A DNA stretch of 64,000 bases from Schleiferiaceae bacterium (GCA_965204625.1 CBDBET010000005.1:112385-176384), one strand, 5' to 3'. Positions 31,074 to 40,737 are shown, numbered from the stretch's first letter. Translations and numbers: made by a program. Notes: generated by a model from the letters alone, not told the origin.

Positions 31074-32498
31074 CTAGCTCTTCTCTTTTTGTTTTTTTAG
31101 CGGATCTTTTGTCATTTCATCATAACCCTTCCTCGCATGATAAACATCGATCGCCGTATACAACGCATTTCTCATTGAAGTCGCGTCAGCCTTGCCTTTA
31201 CCGGCGAGGTGCATAGCTGTCCCATGATCAGGCGAGGTACGAACTATTTCTAGACCTGCAGTATAATTTGTTCCACTTCCCATGGCTAAGGATTTGAAAG
31301 GAACCAAAACCTGGTCATGGTACATCCCCAAAACGGCGTCAAATTTTGATTCAAAGCCTTGTCCAAAGAACCCGTCAGCGGGGAAAGGGCCTTTGACTAT
31401 CGTATTTTTATGTTCTGCATTTTCTATTGTCGGTCGAATGATGTCTTTTTCTTCATTTCCAATAGTTCCCATTTCACCAGCATGTGGGTTTAGTCCCAAA
31501 ACAGCGATCCTAGGCTTTACCAGGCCAAAGTCTCGTTTGAGGCTTTGTGCAAGCAGTGCTATAGCTTTCTTGATTGAATCTTCAGTAATGCCTTCCGCTA
31601 CTTTAGAAATGGGCACATGACCTGTTACCGTAGCCACTTTTAGACCATCCGAAGCTAGAATCATGAGCACATCATTGCCAAATTCTTTAGCTAGGTAGCC
31701 CGTATGGCCTGAGAAGCCTTCAACGCTTGCAGCGATATTGTGTTTATTGATGGGTGCTGTAAGCAGGGCGTGAATTTTGCCTTTTTTAGCAGCGTCAATG
31801 GCAGCGTCAATACTTTTTAGAGCATATGCACCACTCACGTCAGTGGGTAAACCTAGTGTGATTTCTACATTGTCGTCCCAGCTCAGTACGAGATTATTCG
31901 CACCTTCCTTGATGTCCTCAATAGTATCGCACAAACGGAATTGAAAATTGCGTTTATCGATGGCATTTCTATGGTAAGAAGCCAATTTACTCGAGGCAAA
32001 AACCACCGGAGTACACAATTCAGTGAGCCGGGTATCTTCTAGCATTGTAATGATGACCTCCATACCTATGCCGTTAAGATCACCACAAGTGATGCCAATT
32101 ACAGGCTTCTCAAGTACAGTTTCTTCATAAACTGCGGTAGCCGATGAACTAGAGAAATCTATATCGTACAGGTCATTTTGTAAGTCGTATTCCGACTGGA
32201 TTTCTTCACTTACCGGAGTTGCTTTTACATCTTTTCCTTCACGGCGCTTATTACGATTGTTTCTATTCCGGCCACGGTTGTTTCTATTGCCGCCCTTACC
32301 TTCTTCTTTTGGGCCATTTTCTGAGGCCTTTGCTGGTTTAGACTGCGCGTCGGCCCCATCTTTAGCCTCACCTTCTTTATTGCCGCGATTGCGGTTTCTA
32401 TTTCTTCCGCCTCGGCTCCGTCGCTTTGCATTGCCCTCTTTATTCTGGCCTTCTGATGCATTCGATTTATTCGGCGTATTTTCTTTAGTGTCACTCAT
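31074..32498 (-). CDS. pdxA: 4-hydroxythreonine-4-phosphate dehydrogenase PdxA with an about 130-aa basic low-complexity N-terminal extension
   Basis: The PdxA core starts around aa 135 (KPVIGITCGDLNGIGMEVI... HTGYLA... SPDHGTA). aa 1-130 are Arg/Asn/Gly/Lys-rich. I saw no ATG/GTG/TTG in frame between codon 1 and the core. The start lies 4 nt after the pepA stop. Confidence 0.85.
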   Translation of the reverse strand: MSDTKENTPNKSNASEGQNKEGNAKRRSRGGRNRNRNRGNKEGEAKDGADAQSKPAKASENGPKEEGKGGNRNNRGRNRNNRNKRREGKDVKATPVSEEIQSEYDLQNDLYDIDFSSSSATAVYEETVLEKPVIGITCGDLNGIGMEVIITMLEDTRLTELCTPVVFASSKLASYHRNAIDKRNFQFRLCDTIEDIKEGANNLVLSWDDNVEITLGLPTDVSGAYALKSIDAAIDAAKKGKIHALLTAPINKHNIAASVEGFSGHTGYLAKEFGNDVLMILASDGLKVATVTGHVPISKVAEGITEDSIKKAIALLAQSLKRDFGLVKPRIAVLGLNPHAGEMGTIGNEEKDIIRPTIENAEHKNTIVKGPFPADGFFGQGFESKFDAVLGMYHDQVLVPFKSLAMGSGTNYTAGLEIVRTSPDHGTAMHLAGKGKADATSMRNALYTAIDVYHARKGYDEMTKDPLKKQKEKS

Positions 32499-32502
32499 AG
32501 TG

Positions 32503-33918
32503 TTACTTCAGGTTGTTTATGAAGTCAAAAAGTAATCGGACCCCGATACCAGTTCCGCCTTCGACTTGGTAGCCGGCACGCGTTTTTAAAAACGCGGGGC
32601 CAGCGATATCTAAGTGAATGTAAGGATAATCAGTGAAGTGTTCGAGGAATTTACCTGCTGTAATGGCTCCTGCTTCTGCGCCTCCAATGTTTTTCATATC
32701 TGCAATGGGGCTTTTTAGCAAGTCCTTGTATTCATCCCAGAACGGAAATTCAACAACGCGTTCGTGCGTGCGGTACCCGCTTTCTTGTAGTGCGACCATA
32801 CGCTCTTTCGGCGCGTTACCCATACCAACAATTGCATAGCGACCTATAGATCTTGCCGCTGCTCCAGTCAATGTAGCGAGATCGATTACTAATTCAGGAT
32901 TGTAGCGTTTTGCATACACTAAGGCGTCAGATAAAATTAGTCGGCCTTCAGCATCTGTATTCATGACCTCTACGCTGGTACCGTCTGAAATGGTAATAAC
33001 ATCGCCGGGTGTAACTGCATTACCGCCTGGGCGGTTATCCGTAGCAGGGACGAGACCTATAATGTGCACAGGAAGATTTGCTTCCGCAGCGGCGCTCATT
33101 GCTCCAATAACTGCAGCAGCGCCTCCCATATCAGATTTCATATCGTCCATGTAGTTCGATGGCTTGAGGCTCAAACCACCCGTATCGTAGACCACCCCTT
33201 TACCGACTAATACTAGCGGCTTTTCATTGGTTGCATTTTTCGGCTTGTGTTCCATGATGATGAACACGGGAGGTTCAGGAGAACCGTAGTTCACAGCTAA
33301 TAATCCGCCCATCTTGAGACTTTCGATTTGTTTTTTCTCTAGGATTTCTATCGAAAAACCGTGGCGTTTGCTGGCTTCTTTTGCTTGGTTTGCAAGGTCC
33401 GTAGCGGTTAAATCAATAACGGGTGTATTGACCAATTCGCGGGCAAAGAGGGTGCCCATAGTTGCAATATCAGTGGGGGCTAGGGTTTGTTCATCTTCTT
33501 TTGAAACGAACAATTGGGCCATGGAATTTTTACGCTTATGGCTGTCTGAGAAGTAGCGGAGGAATTGGTAATTGCCGAGAATGGCTCCCTCTGCTACATG
33601 CGGCACATGTGCGCCTAAAATAGCAATGCGGTCAAGGTATGCGGCATTTGCCTTGAGGACTAAGGTATTACCGGCTTGACGCATTTTTTCTGCGCGTGCA
33701 TAAGCATCTATTGCTTTTCCAATTTTATACACCCAGGCAGTATCTGTGCCTGCTTGAACCTCCAACCATTTTTCTTCAAACTTTTCGCCCAGTGCACCAA
33801 CACGATCGAGTTGAGCTGGGTTTAAATGTTGAGAAAGTTCTTTTGTTTCGTTGTAAACAATAGCGATGCTGCCATTGTAATCAGGAGTGTATGTTGTGAT
33901 TTTCATTACGTCATTCAT
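32503..33918 (-). CDS. pepA: leucyl aminopeptidase (M17 family)
   Basis: 471 aa with the M17 signature NTDAEGRLILSDAL and VGKGVVYDTGGLSLKP. Confidence 0.95.
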   Translation of the reverse strand: MNDVMKITTYTPDYNGSIAIVYNETKELSQHLNPAQLDRVGALGEKFEEKWLEVQAGTDTAWVYKIGKAIDAYARAEKMRQAGNTLVLKANAAYLDRIAILGAHVPHVAEGAILGNYQFLRYFSDSHKRKNSMAQLFVSKEDEQTLAPTDIATMGTLFARELVNTPVIDLTATDLANQAKEASKRHGFSIEILEKKQIESLKMGGLLAVNYGSPEPPVFIIMEHKPKNATNEKPLVLVGKGVVYDTGGLSLKPSNYMDDMKSDMGGAAAVIGAMSAAAEANLPVHIIGLVPATDNRPGGNAVTPGDVITISDGTSVEVMNTDAEGRLILSDALVYAKRYNPELVIDLATLTGAAARSIGRYAIVGMGNAPKERMVALQESGYRTHERVVEFPFWDEYKDLLKSPIADMKNIGGAEAGAITAGKFLEHFTDYPYIHLDIAGPAFLKTRAGYQVEGGTGIGVRLLFDFINNLK

Positions 33919-33962
33919 TTAGTGTCAAATGTACTATTTTAACCAACCACAAAGAACCCTTC

Positions 33963-34559
33963 ATGTTTACCGGAATTATTGAAAAATTGGGCAAGGTCGC
34001 AAAGGTCGAAAGGAACGGCGGAAACCTTGAGTTATATGTTAATTCAGATCTCGCAAGCGAATTAAAAATTGATCAAAGTGTTGCCCACAATGGCATTTGC
34101 TTGACTGTTGTAGAAATCTTTGGTGACCGAACGTACCGCGTAACAGCTATTGAGGAGACCATCGCAAAAACCGCTATCGGTGATTTAAAGGAAGACGACC
34201 CTATTAATCTAGAGCGTTGCATGACGATGGGCGCACGTTTAGACGGCCACATTGTTCAGGGACACGTGGACCAAATTGGCCATTGTACTTCCATTATCGA
34301 AGAAGATGGATCGTGGATTTTTTCATTTGCATACGACCCCTCATTGGGTAATGTTACGGTAGAAAAAGGGTCCATTACCGTGAATGGAACATCACTTACA
34401 GTAGTCGACTCCATCGAAGGAGGGTTCAGTGTTGCCATCATTCCCTATACTTATGAGCATACGGTTTTCCATCATTTAAAAGTGGGCGATCGAATCAATT
34501 TAGAATTTGACATTATAGGAAAGTATGTTGCTCGAATGCTTAGCGGCTATCAAAAATGA
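33963..34559 (+). CDS. ribE: riboflavin synthase (alpha chain)
   Basis: 198 aa, MFTGIIE... with a duplicated lumazine-binding repeat (SVAHNGICLTV / SITVNGTSLTV). Confidence 0.96.
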   Translation: MFTGIIEKLGKVAKVERNGGNLELYVNSDLASELKIDQSVAHNGICLTVVEIFGDRTYRVTAIEETIAKTAIGDLKEDDPINLERCMTMGARLDGHIVQGHVDQIGHCTSIIEEDGSWIFSFAYDPSLGNVTVEKGSITVNGTSLTVVDSIEGGFSVAIIPYTYEHTVFHHLKVGDRINLEFDIIGKYVARMLSGYQK

Positions 34560-35248
34560 AAACCGTCCGCTACATAGGGGTTCTAGACGATGAAATTATC
34601 GCTGTACGGGGAATGGTTTTTCAATTGGAAAAATTATTGCCACAAGCAGAGGTGAAAGGATTTACCCAGTTCAGAGAATTTGAGTTGTGGTGTGAAAACA
34701 ATGCGCCCGAATTGGTTTTTTTGGATATGGAGATGCCGCATGCTATGGGACTCGAAGTTGCGAAAAGAATACAACCGGACGTGGGAAATATAGTGTTCGT
34801 TACGGCCCATTCACATTACAGTTTAGAGGCTTTTGAAACTGCGGTTGATTACATCTTAAAGCCGATCACTCCTAAGCGTTTACAGCAAGCCCTCGCAAAA
34901 GTGGAATCTCTGGTTCCTGTGAAGGTGCAACAGGAACAAAAGATAAAACTGCTCTTAAAAGGTACTTTTCGTGAGTTACCCGAGATAGACATCGCGTTTC
35001 TTCGTGGGCAGCGAAATTATACAGAGGTGGTGTTGACGAATGGTGAACACCACTTAATGGCGCGAACGTTGAAAAGCTTCACTGATGTATTGAGCGATGG
35101 ATTTGTTCGCATTCACAAAAGCATAGTAGTACAACGCGCTTTGATTACCTCGATTCAGCCTGGTAATCCAGCCCATGTCCTTCTCACTGATGGAACACAA
35201 CTGGATGCCGCTAAAGCCCGTTTAAAAGCCTTAGGTAACGATGTATAA
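34556..35248 (+). CDS. LytR/AlgR-family response regulator (receiver + LytTR DNA-binding domain)
   Basis: 230 aa. Receiver domain (VLDDE..., LVFLDMEMP, VFVTAH) and a LytTR-like C-terminus (IAFLRGQRNYTEVVL..., FVRIHKSIVV). Start overlaps the ribE stop (ATGA). Confidence 0.88.
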   Translation: MKTVRYIGVLDDEIIAVRGMVFQLEKLLPQAEVKGFTQFREFELWCENNAPELVFLDMEMPHAMGLEVAKRIQPDVGNIVFVTAHSHYSLEAFETAVDYILKPITPKRLQQALAKVESLVPVKVQQEQKIKLLLKGTFRELPEIDIAFLRGQRNYTEVVLTNGEHHLMARTLKSFTDVLSDGFVRIHKSIVVQRALITSIQPGNPAHVLLTDGTQLDAAKARLKALGNDV

Positions 35249-36896
35249 ATTTCTTTTCATTACAACGCTTTCTATACTTTGGTTAGGGTGTTCACAGGCG
35301 GAACATTCAGAAGTACCAGCATCGGTTCGTGCTGTTTTCGAAGTACATCACGAATCTGATGCTATCGATGCATTGGTGACCGACTTGTTAGCTAGTAATG
35401 ATAAGACAGAGGAAGCTTGGGGATCGTATTTATTATCACGTGAGATCGTACGAAAAGGAGTGAATTTTGAAGCCTTGACCTATTTAGAACGTGCAGAAGT
35501 TCTTTTTCGCGCTACAGATAATAAAGAGGGGATCAAACGAATTTTATTACTCAAGGCACACGCCTATTGGTCTTTAGGCGCTGGGGAAGAAATATTAGCG
35601 ATTTCAGAAGAGACCATGCGTCTTCGTGCAGGTAATTTAAAAGGATGGGCTACAGCTGCAGGAAATTATACTACCTATCTACTGGATTACGGACGGTACG
35701 AAGAAGTCTTGACCTACAGCGACTCTGTTTTAGCGATATGTCGTCAAGTTGATGGAGGGATCAATCCCAGTGAAGCATATGCAGTGCGTGCAGAGGCATT
35801 GCAGAAGCTGGGTCGTGATTCTATTGCTGTTGATACCCTAATTACCCTAGCCCTAGAATTGATTGACAGAACGATACCGGATGTAGATAAAAAGAACATC
35901 TATTTCAGAGCATTGAATTTAAACGCCCTAGACCAACCCGCTTTGGCACGCTGTATTCGTTTTGCAAAGGGTAAAGAATTTTGGTCTTTAGAAGCGAAAT
36001 CAAGAGAAAAATTTACGGATTACGAATTGCTAGGCGAGACTAAGGAGATGGCACTTAAAGCCGAGGTAGAGGCGAATAAAAGGGCCCTTGCCGAAGTGGA
36101 TGAAGGTCAGAGCAAGTTTTTAGCTTTTGAGCTGGCCCGTGGACAGACTGAAATATATGGATACCAGCGTGAGGCAAGGTTGCGGAAAATAGCCTTGAGT
36201 GTAACCGTGATCTTATTTGTGTTGTTGTTGATAGGAATAGTTGTAAACTACCGGAGTCGAATCATGGCGGCTCGAGCAAAGTTGAGTCAGCAAGAAGCGG
36301 AATTGGCTTTAGAGAATTATAAGAATACCATTCGTCCTCATTTTCTCTTTAACCAATTAAATAATGTAAGTGCTTTTCTCAACCAAGAGCTTATTGAGCA
36401 GGCTCAGGAATATTTATCTGATTTGGGTCAATTTTTACGCTCACTCCTTGAAGAACAGGACGATCAGACCATAGAATTGGGTTCTGTTAAAAAGCAATTA
36501 CACGCTTATATCGCGCTCCAGAAAAAGGGATCGTATGCGCACGTGGCTGTGACTATTGACATTCCGAAAGAATTGCGCAAAGTGCGTATTCCCACCGGTT
36601 TGCTTCAACCGCTTGTTGAGAACAGCTTCAAGTATGCCGGTCATGAGGAAAGTAAGTCACCGAGCATTCGCGTAGAGGCGCATCTTTCTGAGGAGAATGT
36701 GCTCACTTTAAAGGTGGAAGATTCGGGATACGGTGAATACAGCAGAGAAGGAGGTACTGGACACGGACTACAGCTGATCAAAGATCGAATGGCGTTTAAT
36801 AAATCTCGGAGTAAAATGCCAAAATATTGGACGCTAATAACCTCGTTTAAAAAAGAAAAAGGCACCGTCATAATGACGATGCCTCTTCAGGAATAA
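35241..36896 (+). CDS. LytS/YehU-type sensor histidine kinase with extracytoplasmic TPR-like domain
   Basis: 551 aa. N-terminal LWLGC lipobox-like signal, a helical/TPR-like region of about 300 aa, one TM (IALSVTVILFVLLLIGIVV), the His_kinase motif IRPHFLFNQLNNV, and HATPase (GTGHGLQLI). Overlaps the RR gene by 8 nt. Confidence 0.85.
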   Translation: MYKFLFITTLSILWLGCSQAEHSEVPASVRAVFEVHHESDAIDALVTDLLASNDKTEEAWGSYLLSREIVRKGVNFEALTYLERAEVLFRATDNKEGIKRILLLKAHAYWSLGAGEEILAISEETMRLRAGNLKGWATAAGNYTTYLLDYGRYEEVLTYSDSVLAICRQVDGGINPSEAYAVRAEALQKLGRDSIAVDTLITLALELIDRTIPDVDKKNIYFRALNLNALDQPALARCIRFAKGKEFWSLEAKSREKFTDYELLGETKEMALKAEVEANKRALAEVDEGQSKFLAFELARGQTEIYGYQREARLRKIALSVTVILFVLLLIGIVVNYRSRIMAARAKLSQQEAELALENYKNTIRPHFLFNQLNNVSAFLNQELIEQAQEYLSDLGQFLRSLLEEQDDQTIELGSVKKQLHAYIALQKKGSYAHVAVTIDIPKELRKVRIPTGLLQPLVENSFKYAGHEESKSPSIRVEAHLSEENVLTLKVEDSGYGEYSREGGTGHGLQLIKDRMAFNKSRSKMPKYWTLITSFKKEKGTVIMTMPLQE

Positions 36897-36975
36897 ATCC
36901 TAGGTTTATTGGTTACGTAAGAATACGCCAAATGCTCAATATGTAGCAGATAGATTTATCCTAGTAGGTATAAAC

Positions 36976-37923
36976 TTATCGTAGTGCCCATTTTTGGGTG
37001 TCCATATTGCCGCCACAAAGAATAATTCCCGTTTTTCCTCGAGCTGATTTCTTAAGGCACGCTGCCACTCCAGTTGCCGCGCTGGGTTCAATGAATTGTT
37101 TCAACCGCGCTAAAACAAAGTGCCAAGCTTCCGTAATTTCCTCTTCAGTTACGAGCGAAATTTCATCGACATGGGATTGAATAATGGGAAAATTTCGCTT
37201 TCCTAATGATGTTTTCAACCCATCGGCAATGGTGTCGGCAGTAGTCACAGGAACCCACTGTCCACTGTAAAAACTCTCGTGTGCATCCGAAGCATTGGTG
37301 GGTTCACATCCTATGAGCTTCGCCGAGCCAAAGTAGGCATTTGCAAGAGCCGCCCCGGATAATAATCCCCCGCCGCCAACAGGCACAAAGAGGTATTCTA
37401 GATCGGGATGTTCATCGAGCAATTCCATTGTTGCCGTTGCCTGTCCTGCGATAATATCATAGTTGTCGTAGGGGTGTATGAAAAAAGCGCCCTCTTTTTC
37501 TTCCACCGCTTTAGCTGTTTGCTCGCGTGCCGCTAAAGTAGGGGTGCAGAATTCGATGATTCCACCATAGCTCCGTACAGCTTCAATTTTCGCCTTCGGG
37601 GCATTGCTGGGCATAATGATGTGTGCTTTTTCACCAATATTTGTTGCAGCCCAAGCCAAAGCGGCCCCGTGATTGCCAGAGCTGTGTGTTACAAATCCTC
37701 TTCCTTTTGCATGTTCTTTATGAACCAGTGCAGCATTCATGGCGCCTCGAGCTTTGAACGCACCGGTTTTTTGTAGGTGTTCGCTTTTGAATACGCAGTC
37801 GCTTTCTACACGTTCGTTAAATTTCTGTGATTGAAAAACAGGAGTTCTATGAATGTAAGGAGCGATTCGATCCTGTGCTGCCTTTAAATCTTCTGCAGTG
37901 GGTATGCGTTGTAGTGGATTCAT
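36976..37923 (-). CDS. PLP-dependent serine/threonine dehydratase / serine-racemase-like enzyme (no regulatory ACT domain)
   Basis: 315 aa with a PLP-lysine context (HLQKTGAFKARGAMNA) and glycine loop VPVGGGGLLSG. Confidence 0.85.
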   Translation of the reverse strand: MNPLQRIPTAEDLKAAQDRIAPYIHRTPVFQSQKFNERVESDCVFKSEHLQKTGAFKARGAMNAALVHKEHAKGRGFVTHSSGNHGAALAWAATNIGEKAHIIMPSNAPKAKIEAVRSYGGIIEFCTPTLAAREQTAKAVEEKEGAFFIHPYDNYDIIAGQATATMELLDEHPDLEYLFVPVGGGGLLSGAALANAYFGSAKLIGCEPTNASDAHESFYSGQWVPVTTADTIADGLKTSLGKRNFPIIQSHVDEISLVTEEEITEAWHFVLARLKQFIEPSAATGVAACLKKSARGKTGIILCGGNMDTQKWALR

Positions 37924-37932
37924 GGTCGCTGA

Positions 37933-40734
37933 TTAATTGAATTCATACCTCGGTATCTCTACGAAGGGCAACCCATTGCTGTGCACCTCCGAGAGATAAT
38001 CACATAGAGCCTGCTCGAAGTCGGTGAGAAGCGCTTCGGTAATATCATTGGATTTACCCAGTGCCGCACCGCGAAGCAGGTGTTCCGGCTGTCCACTTTG
38101 TAACTTAAACATACCTGAATGCCAAGGGAAGGGATGCGTTACCAGTTCTTTTTTCCAGAGCAACCAGGCGTACAGAAGGATCTGCAAAGGCTTTCCCTTA
38201 CTGCCCTTCCAGAGGTCTTCTAGTCGAGTAAGACTGAGGTCGCTTGGCCCAATTGCACCACTTTTATAATCCCAGATGATGAAGGCATTGTCATACACTT
38301 CCAGACGGTCAACTACACCGCTAAACTTCATGGGTAGTTTTAGGGTAGGGTGCTCCATTTCAAAGTCCAATTTTGTTTCTACCCCTTTTAAGATGAGCGT
38401 ACCCTGCGCCGCGCGCCGCGCGTCGTATTGTAAGAATTGGCGAATCATTTTTTTACAAATCTCAAGGGTCAGTAAATTTCGGCCCTGGGTCAATGCGTTT
38501 TTTGAGTACCGTTCCACTTCGATCAAGTAGTTAAAACCAGCTTCATACGCCTGCGCTGTCCACAGCTCTACGTCAATGTTTGTGAGGGATTTTCCTACAT
38601 GGGCTTCGTACACTTTCTCCAGGCCTTTATGTATAAGATTACCCATAACCATGGCACTGACCTGCTCTTCAACTTCGTCCTCTTCCTTGACACGAACCAA
38701 TCGTTTTTGATAGAATCGATCAGGCATGCTTGTTAATTCATTCAGTGAAGAGGCACTGATTCCGCGTGCCATCCATGCTTCAAAAGCGTGAACAACGGAC
38801 GGTGTTTTTTCCGCTGAGAACAGCTGTTCCATAGAGTTTGGTGCGACCGGTCCTTGAAGAAAGGTGCGCGGATGCACGGTGCATGCGGTATTTTGGAGCT
38901 CGTTTTCTAATTGGACTAAAAAACGACTGGGTTCTCCGCCTCCCATGGCTTCACTATCCGTATTGAATGTGATGGTGGATGAAAGACAGCGCTGCTGAAT
39001 CCTATAGAAGTGGTAGGCATATACGGCATCCTTCTCTTCATAGGTAGGTAGACCATAATTTCGCTTAATATCGTACGGAAGGAGCGAATTAAAGCGTCGA
39101 CCGGCGGGTAAAATCCCTTCATTTACCCCAGAGAGAATAATGTGTTTGAAATCTAAAGTCCTGCTTTCAAGAATTCCCATGATTTGAAGTCCCTCAAGGG
39201 GTTCACCCACAAAATCAACCGTTCCGCTTCGAAGCTGCTGCTTGATGAGTTTTAAAAGCACGAGTGGCTCTACTTCATTAGTAAGCGTTCGGGTGAGTTG
39301 TGCTAAGAGGGTGTGTATGTGGTAGGCTGTGTTTTGAACAACAGGATCTTGTGTTTCCGTTCGTCCGACGTGCTTCAGCCAGTTTTGTAAAGCGGTAATC
39401 CAGCCTTTCGAATCTTGCGCTTCAAAGAGTGCTCCATAGCTCTCAGAACCTTCAGAACACCGGCGAACCCATTCAGATGCACTGGTGAATACTCTGTTGG
39501 CTTTAACAATCTCTGTATTCCAATCCAGCGGACTTTCTCCTACCGGTCCGTTCCAGTATTTGTTGAATAGCGGGTCAGTAAATAAAGCGCACAAGGAACG
39601 GTAGTAAAAGGTCCATTTTCCCGCTTTGCGTTGGTTTTTTAAGGCATATTCTATGACCGAAATCCATAACCGTACCGTACCTGCTAAAGCCGTTTGATCC
39701 AGGGGATATCCCATGGTAATGTTTACTTTATCGTAGGCCTCCGGTAAGAAACTGAGCACAGGATTCAAAAGCGATTCGTCCGCAAGAATAACAGCGATAT
39801 CTTTGGGTTCAATGCCCGAATTCCTGAGGTCTTCGAGTGCGACAGCGACTGCTTTCGCTTGACCAGTATATTGACTGGCCCCGACGGGATGGATGTGCTT
39901 CGAAATGGTTTTCCATTCACTCGTTACTCCCTTCGTAGTAGGTACATCTTTTCCAAATGTTTTCTGGCGCTGAACGTGCCCTCGAAGAAAATGTCCCGCT
40001 TCGTGCAGCGGATCGTTAAAGTAATGCGCATCTATATCCCAAAGCGTACGTGTAGGGCACACTTCGCGAACAGATTGAATAATGCTCAATTCTGCCGTAT
40101 TCAGTGCGTTTAGACCCGCAATGAGTACGTGTTTAACACCATTCTTGCTGAGATAAGCAGCCGTACTCTCCGGATGTGACGCGAGGTGACGCGCTGCCAA
40201 TCCACTATAGGCCTCGCCATCTTCGAGCAAGGAGTAAGTAAATTTCTCGTACGTTGCAGGAAGTAGTGCGATGAAATCGGAATACCGACGCATTAAGGCG
40301 GTTTCTTTACCCGGCTCTAAATCCCATTCGGCCAATTTTTGAACGTTGTATAAATCGCCCAAAACATGCGCTGGATTGAGGAGGTATCGATCGATTTCTC
40401 CAAAATCGGATAAGAGTGTTTGTCCCCAGTTTAAAAAACTACCTAAGCCTTCGCTGGTACCTTGTGGTAAAGCTTGCGCACGAGTACGTTCATAGCAATC
40501 AAACAGACGTACCATTAAGGCCAAAGGCTCGACCACCACGAGATTCGCCGCTTGCGCAATGAACTGATCAACCGTAGTGAACATGGGCAATAGGGCCGTA
40601 TCTGAAATGTGTTCCTTTAATGCTTCACGTAAGAAAAGTTCTGCACGCTGGTTGGGTAAAAGCACGAGTTTTTCATGCAAAATACCCGGCCCATTGATTA
40701 ATTCCAGAGCGATACGTGAGATAAAAGTGGCCAT
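37933..40734 (-). CDS. AddB-like PD-(D/E)XK nuclease family protein (inactivated-helicase scaffold + C-terminal RecB-type nuclease)
   Basis: 933 aa. C-terminal nuclease motifs GVVDRLE...IIWDYKSG...LQILLYAWLL (D / DxK / QxxxY). I see no Walker A (GxxxxGK[ST]) and no Cys cluster. Confidence 0.7.
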   Translation of the reverse strand: MATFISRIALELINGPGILHEKLVLLPNQRAELFLREALKEHISDTALLPMFTTVDQFIAQAANLVVVEPLALMVRLFDCYERTRAQALPQGTSEGLGSFLNWGQTLLSDFGEIDRYLLNPAHVLGDLYNVQKLAEWDLEPGKETALMRRYSDFIALLPATYEKFTYSLLEDGEAYSGLAARHLASHPESTAAYLSKNGVKHVLIAGLNALNTAELSIIQSVREVCPTRTLWDIDAHYFNDPLHEAGHFLRGHVQRQKTFGKDVPTTKGVTSEWKTISKHIHPVGASQYTGQAKAVAVALEDLRNSGIEPKDIAVILADESLLNPVLSFLPEAYDKVNITMGYPLDQTALAGTVRLWISVIEYALKNQRKAGKWTFYYRSLCALFTDPLFNKYWNGPVGESPLDWNTEIVKANRVFTSASEWVRRCSEGSESYGALFEAQDSKGWITALQNWLKHVGRTETQDPVVQNTAYHIHTLLAQLTRTLTNEVEPLVLLKLIKQQLRSGTVDFVGEPLEGLQIMGILESRTLDFKHIILSGVNEGILPAGRRFNSLLPYDIKRNYGLPTYEEKDAVYAYHFYRIQQRCLSSTITFNTDSEAMGGGEPSRFLVQLENELQNTACTVHPRTFLQGPVAPNSMEQLFSAEKTPSVVHAFEAWMARGISASSLNELTSMPDRFYQKRLVRVKEEDEVEEQVSAMVMGNLIHKGLEKVYEAHVGKSLTNIDVELWTAQAYEAGFNYLIEVERYSKNALTQGRNLLTLEICKKMIRQFLQYDARRAAQGTLILKGVETKLDFEMEHPTLKLPMKFSGVVDRLEVYDNAFIIWDYKSGAIGPSDLSLTRLEDLWKGSKGKPLQILLYAWLLWKKELVTHPFPWHSGMFKLQSGQPEHLLRGAALGKSNDITEALLTDFEQALCDYLSEVHSNGLPFVEIPRYEFN

Positions 40735-40737
40735 GAA

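Noticed and set aside
32225-32535. Overlapping ORFs (89 aa minus strand, 92 aa plus strand) within the 5' extension of pdxA.
   Set aside because: They are generated by the repetitive GC-poor/AG-rich codons of the basic low-complexity region. The long pdxA frame, which continues into a recognisable enzyme, is the parsimonious reading.
35944-35966. Sigma-54-like element TGGCAC...TTGC (rpoN is present in the window).
   Set aside because: The spacing between TGGCAC and TTGC is 12 nt instead of the required 5 nt. The site is also inside the histidine-kinase coding region. A second TGGCAC at 4150-4155 lacks a TTGC element and is inside the transporter gene.
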